From assembly GCA_051293835.1 (NCBI GenBank), contig JBPKMA010000001.1, forward strand, positions 309,952 through 373,951: a stretch of 64,000 bases of DNA, in the 5' to 3' direction. Below, piece after piece: positions 10,439 through 18,873 of this stretch. The first letter of the stretch is position 1; each line of letters begins with the position of its first letter. Made by a program: the position numbers and the translations under genes. The notes beneath the pieces were generated by a model that saw only the letters and a program-made list of their open reading frames with translations, was not told the origin of the DNA and searched no databases. Source of the stretch: Nitrospiraceae bacterium. Lineage in GTDB: Bacteria > Nitrospirota > Nitrospiria > Nitrospirales > Nitrospiraceae.

Positions 10439-10681
10439 TTATTCCACCACGTTCAACTCGATTGGATCGACGATGCAGCCTTTCTCCCGCAGCCCCTGGA
10501 CGGCCCGCTCGATTTCCGCGGTCTCTCCAGTCAATTCCACGTCCATCCATCCTGTGGTTTCCCGTACATCAGCCCGCCGGACGTTCGTCACAACCTTATA
10601 CTCATGGCCGATCTGATAAATGATCGGTTCCTTGATCTTTTCTTCGGGAAACCGAATGTGGAATCGAAGGCTCGGCATCAT
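10439..10681 (-). CDS. NIL-domain protein
   Basis: 80 aa. IIYQIGHEYKVVTNVRRADV...GWMDVELTG...IERAVQGL resembles the NIL (MetN C-terminal-like) ferredoxin-fold domain. ATGA overlap with the MoaD-like gene. Confidence 0.65.
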   Translation of the reverse strand: MMPSLRFHIRFPEEKIKEPIIYQIGHEYKVVTNVRRADVRETTGWMDVELTGETAEIERAVQGLREKGCIVDPIELNVVE

Positions 10682-10953
10682 CGCCCTCCCGCAATGGCGG
10701 GAACGATCGACACTTCGTCGCCGTCTTTGAGCAAAGTGTCTTTGCCGTTCAGAAAGCGGATATCCTCTTCGTTGACGTAGATATTGACGAACCGGCGTAA
10801 CTCCCCCTTTTCGTCGCAGAGCCGATCTTTCAAGCCGGGGTGCGCCATGTTCAGATTGTCAATCATTTCCGCGATCGTCGCGGCCTTGGCTTCAACCTCG
10901 CCCTGACCCTTGGTCAGCGGGCGGAGGGGAGTGGGAATCCGGACCTTGATCAT
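10678..10953 (-). CDS. MoaD/CysO-like ubiquitin-fold sulfur carrier, C-terminus ...AIAGGR
   Basis: 91 aa with beta-grasp-like length and pattern (MIKVRIPTPLR...FVNIYVNEEDIRFL...DGDEVSIVPAIAGG-R). ATGA overlap with the upstream ThrC-type gene. Confidence 0.8.
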   Translation of the reverse strand: MIKVRIPTPLRPLTKGQGEVEAKAATIAEMIDNLNMAHPGLKDRLCDEKGELRRFVNIYVNEEDIRFLNGKDTLLKDGDEVSIVPAIAGGR

Positions 10954-12200
10954 ACGTCACCCCCGCCGTTCTTGCTCATCTTGAACGTCTTCTCGAAACT
11001 CACCAGACTCGGTTGAATGCGGACCGGACGACCGACCGCGTCGATAACCGCCTCCTGGGTTTTCAAGCCATTGCCTGTTACGTAGGCTACCGTCACGTCG
11101 CTCCGTTTGATCACGCCTTGCTTCACCAGCTTGCGGAGCACCCCGATGGTCACACCGCCAGCCGTCTCTGCGAAGATCCCTTCGGTCTGGGCCAGCAACT
11201 TGATTCCGTCCACGATCTCTTCATCGGTCACTGTTTCCATGACGCCTTTGCTCTCAGCGGTCGCCTTCAACGCGTAATACCCGTCGGCAGGATTGCCGAT
11301 GGCAAGCGATTTGGCGATCGTCTTGGGCTTCACCGGCTTGAAAAAGTCCCGGCCGGCCTTGTACGCGGTCGCGATGGGCGAGCAGCCTTCCGCCTGAGCG
11401 CCGTTGATTTTAGTGCGCACGGCATCAATCAACCCTAGGGTGTGCAGTTCATTGAGACCCTTCCAGATCTTGGTCAACAACGAACCGGACGCCATCGGGA
11501 TGACAACTTGATCGGGCGTCCGCCAGCCTAATTGTTCCACTGTCTCGAAGGCCAAGGTCTTGGAACCTTCGGCGTAGTAGGGCCGCACGTTGATGTTGAC
11601 GAAAGCCCAGCCGTGCTCGGCGGCGATTTCGCTGCACAACCGGTTCACGTCGTCGTACGTGCCTTCAACCTCGACGACATTGGGTCGGTAGATCAGGTTG
11701 CCCAGCACCTTCGCCGCTTCCAGGTCGCCGGGGATGAACACGTAACAGGTCATGCCGGCGGCGGCGGCGTGGGCGGCGACCGAGTTGGCCAGATTGCCGG
11801 TCGAAGCGCAGGCGACCGTTTCGAAGCCGAGTTCTCGGGCTCGGGTCACCGCGACGGCGACAACCCGGTCTTTAAAGGACAGGGTCGGATGGTTGACCGT
11901 GTCGTTTTTGATGTACAGCTCATCCAACCCTAAATAGGCGCCCAGATTTCTCGCGCGCACCATCGGCGTGAAGCCGGCGTGCGGCCCGACTAGCGCCGAC
12001 CCTTCGACTGGCAGCAGATCGATGTAACGCCACATGCTTTGCGGGCCTTCCTCGATCTTCTTGCGCGAGATGGTGCGCTTGATCTCTTCGTAGTTGTATT
12101 TCACCTCGAGCGGACCAAAGCACATCTCGCAGACATGGATGGCCTTGGTGGGATACTCCTTGCCGCACTCGCGGCAAGCGAGCGCTTTCATCTTACTCAT
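10950..12200 (-). CDS. thrC: Threonine-synthase-family PLP enzyme with N-terminal zinc ribbon (ThrC-type; possibly carrier-dependent homocysteine synthase)
   Basis: PLP-lysine motif HPTLSFKDR. N-terminal CRECG...CEMC. The start could be ATG 12200 (MSKMKALACRECG) or ATG 12230. Confidence 0.85.
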   Translation of the reverse strand: MSKMKALACRECGKEYPTKAIHVCEMCFGPLEVKYNYEEIKRTISRKKIEEGPQSMWRYIDLLPVEGSALVGPHAGFTPMVRARNLGAYLGLDELYIKNDTVNHPTLSFKDRVVAVAVTRARELGFETVACASTGNLANSVAAHAAAAGMTCYVFIPGDLEAAKVLGNLIYRPNVVEVEGTYDDVNRLCSEIAAEHGWAFVNINVRPYYAEGSKTLAFETVEQLGWRTPDQVVIPMASGSLLTKIWKGLNELHTLGLIDAVRTKINGAQAEGCSPIATAYKAGRDFFKPVKPKTIAKSLAIGNPADGYYALKATAESKGVMETVTDEEIVDGIKLLAQTEGIFAETAGGVTIGVLRKLVKQGVIKRSDVTVAYVTGNGLKTQEAVIDAVGRPVRIQPSLVSFEKTFKMSKNGGGDV

Positions 12201-12236
12201 GGGGGCACCTGCGCTTTCGGCTCTCAGCATAACACG

Positions 12237-13082
12237 TCAATGTTTGCTGGCGACCGGCCGATGATCGCCGATGGCTGTCGTTCTCAGCTCACAGGTTTCC
12301 GGTTCATGATCGAAGAGTCTAGTGATCGTCGGATGCTCTCCGCAGAGCGGGCAGTTCGGGTTCCGCCTTATTCTGATTTCGCGGAATGCGGTCCGGCGCG
12401 CATCGAAATCCAGCATCCGATCGGTCAGGGAACGCCCGATGCCCAGGACCAGCTTCAGAGCTTCTGTTGCCTGGAGCGTACCAATGATCCCGGCCAGGAC
12501 CCCGATCACACCGGCTTCCTGGCAACTGGCCACCAAGCCGGGCGGCGGAGGATTCTTGAACACGCACCGATAGCAGGCCGATTTTCCGGGAATGATGGTC
12601 ATCACGCGCCCGTCGAAGCGCAGGATGCCGCCGTGGACCAACGGTTTGCCTGCGAAAAAGCAGGCGTCGTTGATGAGAAACTTCGCGGGAAAGTTGTCCA
12701 CCCCGTCGATGACGACATCGTATCCTTTGACCACATCCAGGGCGTTCTTGGAGGTCAGACGGTCCTCGTAGGTCTCCACCGAGACGTCAGGATTGAGCGC
12801 CTGAATCTTTTCTCTGGCGGAAACAACCTTGGGACGGCCGACGTCCGGTGTATGATGGATGACTTGGCGTTGGAGGTTTGAGAGATCCACCACGTCGCTG
12901 TCGATCAACCCGATGGTGCCTACGCCGGCGGCGGCCAGATATAACGCGGCTGGCGAGCCGAGTCCGCCCACGCCGACCAGCAGGATCTTGGCTTGCGCGA
13001 TTTTTTTCTGGCCTTTCCCGCCCACCTCCGGCAACAAGATGTGGCGGCTGTAGCGGGTGATTTGCTCGTCAGTGAAATTCAT
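12237..13082 (-). CDS. ThiF/MoeB-family E1-like adenylyltransferase (copy 2), no rhodanese domain
   Basis: 281 aa. MNFTDEQITRYSRHILL, LVGVGGLGSP, CYRC and CPLCG. Clearly paralogous to copy 1. Confidence 0.9.
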   Translation of the reverse strand: MNFTDEQITRYSRHILLPEVGGKGQKKIAQAKILLVGVGGLGSPAALYLAAAGVGTIGLIDSDVVDLSNLQRQVIHHTPDVGRPKVVSAREKIQALNPDVSVETYEDRLTSKNALDVVKGYDVVIDGVDNFPAKFLINDACFFAGKPLVHGGILRFDGRVMTIIPGKSACYRCVFKNPPPPGLVASCQEAGVIGVLAGIIGTLQATEALKLVLGIGRSLTDRMLDFDARRTAFREIRIRRNPNCPLCGEHPTITRLFDHEPETCELRTTAIGDHRPVASKH

Positions 13083-13169
13083 GTGTCGATCGTATCTTGT
13101 GAAGCGTGAAGTGGAGAAGCCGATGACTCGATCACCAGCTCCGCTTCATGACCGACGCTTCACGTCGTC

Positions 13170-14093
13170 CTAAATGTTGAAATACTTCTCGATACTGATG
13201 TACCGCTCGCCCGTGTCAGGCAGAATCGTGACCACGTTCTTGCCAGGTCCAAGTTCGTCCGCTACTTTCTGGGCCGCAAAGACATTGGCGCCGGCGGAAA
13301 TGCCGACGAGCAACCCTTCCTTCTTGGCCAGCAGCTTCGCCGTCTGATAGGCTTCGTCGTCCGTCACCGTTATGACGCGGTCCAGAATCTTTCGGTTGAG
13401 CACTTTCGGAATGAAGCCGGCGCCGATGCCTTGAATTTTGTGCGGACCCGGATCTCCGCCCGAAAGAACCGGCGATCCGGCTGGCTCGACAGCGATCACT
13501 TTGACATCCGGATTGCGCTCTTTGAAGACCTCGCCGCAGCCGGTGATCGTGCCGCCTGTGCCGACCGCGGCGACGAAGGCATCGATCCGGCCTTCTAGCG
13601 CCTCCCAGATTTCTGGTCCGGTGGTCATCCGGTGGACAGCTGGATTGGCCGGGTTGGAAAACTGATCCGGCATAAAATAGGACGGGTTCTGGGCCACGAT
13701 GCTTTCCGCTTCCTTGATCGAGCCTTTCATCCCCTCCCAGGCGGCGGTCAACACCAGTTGCGCGCCGTAGGACGACAACAGGCTGGCCCGTTCCATGCTC
13801 ATACTTTCCGGCATCACCAGAATCAACTTGTAGCCGCGCACCGCCGAGATGAGCGCGAGGCCGATGCCGGTGTTGCCGCTGGTGGGTTCGACGATCGTGC
13901 CACCAGGCTTGAGCCGGCCCTGCCGCTCCGCCTCGTTGAGCATGTTGAGGCAGATCCGATCCTTGACGCTCCCGCCGGGATTGAAGGATTCAACCTTAGC
14001 ATAAATGGTCGCCGACCCCGGCCTCGAAAGGCGGTTCAGACGAACAAGCGGAGTTCGCCCGATCAGTTCGGTGATCTCTTTGTGAGCCGTCAT
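13170..14093 (-). CDS. Cysteine synthase family PLP enzyme (CysK/CysM type)
   Basis: 307 aa. PLP-lysine motif NPGGSVKDR, TSGNTGIGLA, GTGGTITG. Starts 2 nt after the ThiS-like stop. Confidence 0.9.
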   Translation of the reverse strand: MTAHKEITELIGRTPLVRLNRLSRPGSATIYAKVESFNPGGSVKDRICLNMLNEAERQGRLKPGGTIVEPTSGNTGIGLALISAVRGYKLILVMPESMSMERASLLSSYGAQLVLTAAWEGMKGSIKEAESIVAQNPSYFMPDQFSNPANPAVHRMTTGPEIWEALEGRIDAFVAAVGTGGTITGCGEVFKERNPDVKVIAVEPAGSPVLSGGDPGPHKIQGIGAGFIPKVLNRKILDRVITVTDDEAYQTAKLLAKKEGLLVGISAGANVFAAQKVADELGPGKNVVTILPDTGERYISIEKYFNI

Positions 14094-14095
14094 GG

Positions 14096-14296
14096 TTACC
14101 GGCCGCCGCCCATATAAAACAGCAATTCGACTTGGTCTCCTTCTTTGATGGGGGTTGTCGCCAGATGTTCCCGGTCCAGCATGGTGTTGTTCAGTTCGAC
14201 GGCGACCATCTGAGGCTCGATGTTCTTCGCCTTGAGCAAATCCAGAACCGTTCCGCCGTGCACCTCTTCGGCTTTTCCGTTGATCGTAATTTGCAT
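14096..14296 (-). CDS. ThiS-like ubiquitin-fold sulfur carrier, C-terminus ...YMGGGR
   Basis: 66 aa from ATG 14296 (MQITINGKAEEV...), with GGGAG 5 nt upstream. The tracked start at 14338 falls inside the predicted -10 box. ThiS-like length and GG tail plus one extra Arg. Confidence 0.8.
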   Translation of the reverse strand: MQITINGKAEEVHGGTVLDLLKAKNIEPQMVAVELNNTMLDREHLATTPIKEGDQVELLFYMGGGR

Positions 14297-14336
14297 GAAC
14301 GCTCCCAACTTGGCCTGGAGACTGGAGAATTCCTGC

Positions 14337-14366
14337 AAGCTAGCAAATGACCCATTGGATTGTCAA
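14337..14366 (-). promoter_or_regulatory. Sigma70-like promoter of the sulfur-carrier operon
   Basis: On the minus strand: TTGACA (14366-14361), 18-nt spacer, TAGCTT (14342-14337), about 40 nt upstream of the ThiS-like ATG. Confidence 0.45.
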
Positions 14367-14476
14367 GGTAAGCGAACCTGATCGTTCGACGCGGCGGACG
14401 CGTCCGCATCCGCGGTTTGTGTCTTGACTTTCAGAAAGCGTCACTCCACTATGCCTTCTCTCCGGAGGAACAATCG

Positions 14477-14854
14477 ATGTGGAAGCGCAATTTCATGTTT
14501 CGGGCGCAGGAATCGACTCCGCTTAAAGAGTCGGAGAACGAGCTGTTTCATGATGCGGAACCGGCGCTGGACAGTGCGGGGTTGAACCTCGAGAAGTTTC
14601 TCTCGGTCTGGGTACAGGGCGACGGGGACGACAACAGGCCTACCGCCTATACGAATCTCTATGTCCGGACCGCCACGCTAGATTTTGACAAGCGGTGCGG
14701 GTTTCTTCACCCGCTTCAGGGCCGCGCCCATCAGATCAAGCAACTGCTGACTCCTGGCCAGAAGGTATTCCTACGGGATTGGCTCAGCCGCTATTCGCCG
14801 CAAGCATGGGACGCCGCCGACGAGCAATTCCGATCTCTGTTCGAACTAGAGTAA
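14477..14854 (+). CDS. Hypothetical protein
   Basis: ATG 14477 with GGAGG 7 nt upstream; 125 aa. No family recognised. First gene of a co-directional string. Confidence 0.5.
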   Translation: MWKRNFMFRAQESTPLKESENELFHDAEPALDSAGLNLEKFLSVWVQGDGDDNRPTAYTNLYVRTATLDFDKRCGFLHPLQGRAHQIKQLLTPGQKVFLRDWLSRYSPQAWDAADEQFRSLFELE

Positions 14855-14891
14855 GAAGAGAGCCGTCCGCCGGCGATGCGCGTTTCGGCGG

Positions 14892-16151
14892 ATGACCGAG
14901 CGACGCATGTCTACAAAGCGCTACATCATCGTGGGGGCTGGTCCGGCCGGCGTGCATGCGGCGATCGCGATCCGGAACAGAGACGGCGCCGCCGAGATCG
15001 TCGTCATCGATCGCGATCACGACCCGCCGTATTACCGGACGGAATTGGATACCTACGTCGGCGGCTCGACGTCCGACGCCGAAATGTTACTCTATCCGGA
15101 GGAGTTTTATCGCGCGCAGCGCATTCGGCTCAGGCTTGGGACCGCGGTCGCAAAGGTTCACCCGACTGGGCGCACGGTCGAGCTGGCCGACGGCGAACAG
15201 GTGGCGTATGACGCGCTCCTGCTTGCTCCGGGATCTTCTCCGCTGACGATCTCTTGTCCAGGGGCGTCGAATCCCCGGGTCATGACGGTGAGGACTTGGG
15301 AGGACGCCCGGAAGCTAATCCGGTTGGTGACGGAGACGGACCGGCCGGTGGTGGTCGTCGGTGGAGGGGTCTTGGGGCTGATCCTTGCGGACGGCATCCG
15401 GCAGCGCGGGCGTCCCGTGACGTTGTTGGAACGAGAACCGCGCCTGTGGGCACCGGTGTTGGATGAGACCGCTTCCCAGCTTGTCCAACAAGGGGTCCGG
15501 CAACGCGGCATCGACGTTCTTTTGCAAGAGGAAATCACGGAGGTCGTCGGTGCGAATGGGCGAATCCAACGGGTTGCGACTTCGGCCGGCCGAACCTTGG
15601 AGGCGTCGACCGTGGTCGTGACGATTGGCGTCCGTCCGGACGTGGCGTTTCTGGAGGGCAGCACGGTCCGGACTGAGCGCGGAATCCTGATCGATCATGA
15701 ATTCCGCACGAACGTTCCGGACGTGTTTGCGGCCGGCGATGCGGCGCAAGGGTATGATCCGATCTCAGAACGGTTTCGGGTCGTGACGAACTGGAACAAC
15801 GCCGTCGAGCAGGGCAAGCTGGCCGGGGTCTTCATGACAGGCGACGGGAGTCCGTACCGCGGCGTGATCTTGTCCAATTCGGAGACGTTTTGCGGCGTGC
15901 GCGTGACGGTGTTGGGACTGACCCAGGTGACAGGCGAGGGTTGTGTAACGTTGAAGGGGCACGACCGGGGAAAGGGAATCTATCGCAAGTTCACGCTAAG
16001 GGACGATAAACTGGTTGGCGCGCTGTTGGTTGGGAATACCTCGGGTGAAGGCATGATGAAAAGAATGATCCTCGAGCGCAAGCCGACCTCGATTGCCGAA
16101 GTCAAGTCCAAGTTCCTGACGGGGCTCGCCCTTGAAGAAATAAACACGTGA
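14892..16151 (+). CDS. FAD/NAD(P)-dependent pyridine nucleotide-disulfide-family oxidoreductase
   Basis: 419 aa. Dinucleotide folds IIVGAGPAGVHAA and VVVVGGGVLGL, plus FAAGDAA. Architecture like rubredoxin-reductase or the NirB N-terminal part. Confidence 0.8.
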   Translation: MTERRMSTKRYIIVGAGPAGVHAAIAIRNRDGAAEIVVIDRDHDPPYYRTELDTYVGGSTSDAEMLLYPEEFYRAQRIRLRLGTAVAKVHPTGRTVELADGEQVAYDALLLAPGSSPLTISCPGASNPRVMTVRTWEDARKLIRLVTETDRPVVVVGGGVLGLILADGIRQRGRPVTLLEREPRLWAPVLDETASQLVQQGVRQRGIDVLLQEEITEVVGANGRIQRVATSAGRTLEASTVVVTIGVRPDVAFLEGSTVRTERGILIDHEFRTNVPDVFAAGDAAQGYDPISERFRVVTNWNNAVEQGKLAGVFMTGDGSPYRGVILSNSETFCGVRVTVLGLTQVTGEGCVTLKGHDRGKGIYRKFTLRDDKLVGALLVGNTSGEGMMKRMILERKPTSIAEVKSKFLTGLALEEINT

Positions 16152-16723
16152 GGGGGCAGGGAGACGGTTGGAATCGAAGTGTGCGGCAATCGCCAGGGAG
16201 GGGAATCCTGGCAGCCTGTTGTCTCATCCTGGCGCTGCTGTCATCGACTGTCGGAACCGCGGCGTCGATCGAGATCTATTACGCGCCGGAAGACGCGCCT
16301 GTCGATCGGCTCGTCAAGCTCTACGACGGCGCCAGGCGGTACATCTATGTTGCGGTCTACGGCTTGACGTACCCGCCGGCCGTCAAGGCGCTGATCGCGG
16401 CCAAAAAGCGCGGCGTGGACGTGCGGATCATGACTGATCGGGAGAAACTCAGCGATCCGAAACAACGGGCAGCGTTGGTGGCCCTGCGGCTAGCCGGGAT
16501 TCCGATCCGGGTCAATCGGCATGACGGACTCATGCACCTCAAGCAGGTCGTGGTGGATGACGAACTCAATACGTCTGGGTCCGTTAATCAGACCAGCAGC
16601 GGCAATCGTTACAATGACGAACGGCTGGACGTGATCACCGATCGCGCGACCAGCATCAAGGCGCGCGAGAAGTTTCTCGGCATGTGGAAAGATCAAAGTC
16701 GCTACCAACCCTGGCAGGAATAA
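16148..16723 (+). CDS. Single-HKD phospholipase D/Nuc-family protein, probably exported
   Basis: HKD motif HLKQVVVDDELNTSGSVNQT. Hydrophobic N-terminal segment ILAACCLILALLSSTVGTAAS. GTGA overlap with the upstream oxidoreductase. Confidence 0.75.
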   Translation: MRGQGDGWNRSVRQSPGRGILAACCLILALLSSTVGTAASIEIYYAPEDAPVDRLVKLYDGARRYIYVAVYGLTYPPAVKALIAAKKRGVDVRIMTDREKLSDPKQRAALVALRLAGIPIRVNRHDGLMHLKQVVVDDELNTSGSVNQTSSGNRYNDERLDVITDRATSIKAREKFLGMWKDQSRYQPWQE

Positions 16724-16736
16724 TGGGTGGCGTTCG

Positions 16737-18017
16737 ATGGCGGTACGGGTCGAACAGACGGATGTGGCCATCGTCGGGGCCGGTGGGGGCGGGGCCGTCT
16801 TGGCTCTGGCCTTGGCCCAGAAGGGAATCAAGACGCTGGTGCTGGAGCGGGCTTCCGGCCCGCCTCGGGGGCTGCGCGGCGAAATTCTGCAACCGAACGG
16901 CCAGCGCATCTTGGATCGGCTGGGGTTGTTGGGCAAACTGCCCAGCGAGGCGATGCGGCCTGTCCGATATTTTCATTTTTACCGGGCTGGCGGGGAGCGC
17001 CTCTGCACGATCGACTACGGAGTGCTTCCGCCGCCGTTCAATCTGGCCCTCGTAACGCTTCCCAACGTGGCGCACCAGGCCATCCTGAACGAGTTGGAGG
17101 ATCTGAATCCTGGTCGCCTGTGGTACAGCACCTCGTTTTCGTCTCTGCTCTTCGAGCAGGGGCGGGTCGTCGGGCTGGTCGCGGAGCGCGGCGGAACACC
17201 GGTGAAGGTTTCGGCCCAATTAGTGGTCGGTGCCGACGGAGCCTTTTCCAAGGTTCGGGAAGCGTTGAAAATCCCCACACGCCTGCACCTCTATCCGGAC
17301 GGCTATTTGATTGCGATCCTGGACACGCCGCAGGAGTTGACGGACGCACGCTATTTCGTGGGACGCAGAACCATTCTCGGCGTCTTCCCGGCGGCTGGCC
17401 GCAAGGTCTATCTCTTTTACATGATTCCGGCCGGTACCATGGAGCAAGTGAAGGCCCAGGGACTGTCAACGCTCCAAGAGCGATGGGTCCGGATCGACCC
17501 GAGCCTGGAAGCGACCTTCCGCAGTCTCAGGGACTGGGAGCAAACCGCCTATATGCCGACCGGCCGTGTCCGTGCCTCCCGGTGGGTCGCCGACGGTGCT
17601 GCACTGATCGGTGACGCGGCGCATGCGATGAACCCCCACGCCTCGCAAGGGCGGATGCAGGCAATGATGGATGCGATGGCGCTTGCCGATCTCATTCCAG
17701 CCTGTTTGGAATCCGGCGACTGCTCGGCGGACAACCTGCGGGTCTATGAGCGTCGTCGCCGCCCACAGGTGGACATGCTCCAACGGCTGGCCGATGAACA
17801 GGTCCTCTTCTGGAATACCGGCAACCCGTTGCTGGAATTCCTGCGCGACCGCGTGTTCCGGACGTTAGATGAGAATCCCAGACTCCGCTATCAAGTGCTG
17901 GCGGTCACGGCTGGGTTGCGCAGCAGACCTCCCTTTGGACTGCTGGATCGGCTGATAGCCGTTGGGCTTCTGCCCGACCCTTGGGCGCAACTCGTCTCGC
18001 CGGAACCGGCTGGTTGA
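16737..18017 (+). CDS. FAD-dependent monooxygenase/reductase (UbiH / geranylgeranyl-reductase-like)
   Basis: 426 aa. DVAIVGAGGGGAVLALALAQKG, LIGDAAHAMNPHASQG. Confidence 0.8.
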   Translation: MAVRVEQTDVAIVGAGGGGAVLALALAQKGIKTLVLERASGPPRGLRGEILQPNGQRILDRLGLLGKLPSEAMRPVRYFHFYRAGGERLCTIDYGVLPPPFNLALVTLPNVAHQAILNELEDLNPGRLWYSTSFSSLLFEQGRVVGLVAERGGTPVKVSAQLVVGADGAFSKVREALKIPTRLHLYPDGYLIAILDTPQELTDARYFVGRRTILGVFPAAGRKVYLFYMIPAGTMEQVKAQGLSTLQERWVRIDPSLEATFRSLRDWEQTAYMPTGRVRASRWVADGAALIGDAAHAMNPHASQGRMQAMMDAMALADLIPACLESGDCSADNLRVYERRRRPQVDMLQRLADEQVLFWNTGNPLLEFLRDRVFRTLDENPRLRYQVLAVTAGLRSRPPFGLLDRLIAVGLLPDPWAQLVSPEPAG

Positions 18018-18045
18018 CCTGGCTCACAACAGGAGAACAGACGCG

Positions 18046-18828
18046 ATGCGACCGCCCGATCGTCCGCTTGACGGTCTGCCCGCGGAGGTGAAGGAGCCGT
18101 TGCGGGCGTACCTGCCGGAGGTGATCGAGCTGTTCGGGTCAACGTTAGAGGGACTGGTCCTCTATGGCAGCGCAGCCCGCGGCGAATATCTTCCAGGGCG
18201 GTCCAATCTCAATCTGTTGTTCCTGCTTGCGACTGGCGATGCGGAGCTGTTGAAGCGGTACGGCAAGATCCACCGCCGATGGAGCAAGGAGCAGATCGTC
18301 GTTCCGCTGTTCATGACCCGAGCGGAGTTCGAAGCCTCAGCCGCGCTGTTTCCACTGGAATTTCTGGAGATGAAGGAGCACCACCGTCTGTTGGTCGGTT
18401 GGGATCCGTTTCCCGGTCTCTCCGTCGACCTTTGCCTGTTGCCGTTCCAGGTTGAGCAGGGCTTGAGGAGCCATCTGCTTCGTTTGCGTCAGCGCTTTGT
18501 GGAGGGATTGGGAACGGTCGAAGCCGTTACGATCCTGCTTCCCCTCTCTCTTACGACCCTCTTCCCTTGTCTGCGTGGGTTGTTGCGCGTTATGGGCTGC
18601 CAGGCGCCGACCTCCTCGGAAGCTGTCCTGAAAGAGGTGCAATCGAGTCTGCAATGTGATACGGCTGCCTTCGTTGAGGTCTTCAACCTTAAACGCGGCC
18701 TCATTTCGCCGGGGCTGGCGGAAGTACCGCGGATGTTCGTCCGCTATGTTGCCTGCCTGGAAGCACTGGTTCGACGGGTGGACGAATGGAAAGTCAAAGG
18801 GGTGTTCCCCAAGGCGAATGAGAAATAA
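18046..18828 (+). CDS. Nucleotidyltransferase-fold (pol-beta/MNT-like) protein with degenerate catalytic motif
   Basis: ATG 18046. LVLYGSAARGEYLPGRSNLNLLFLL has the G-S element, but NLN occupies the place of DxD. About 170-aa helical C-terminal part. Confidence 0.55.
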   Translation: MRPPDRPLDGLPAEVKEPLRAYLPEVIELFGSTLEGLVLYGSAARGEYLPGRSNLNLLFLLATGDAELLKRYGKIHRRWSKEQIVVPLFMTRAEFEASAALFPLEFLEMKEHHRLLVGWDPFPGLSVDLCLLPFQVEQGLRSHLLRLRQRFVEGLGTVEAVTILLPLSLTTLFPCLRGLLRVMGCQAPTSSEAVLKEVQSSLQCDTAAFVEVFNLKRGLISPGLAEVPRMFVRYVACLEALVRRVDEWKVKGVFPKANEK

Positions 18829-18873
18829 TGAGGAAGGTGAAATGGGAATGCGGGGGCAAGGCGGGATCGGACT

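Noticed and set aside
14297-14336. A SAM or other riboswitch, or a T-box leader, upstream of the Cys/Met-related sulfur-carrier operon
   Set aside because: The predicted promoter leaves a leader of only about 40 nt before the ThiS-like ATG. That is too short for any known riboswitch class, and no conserved riboswitch core motifs were seen.
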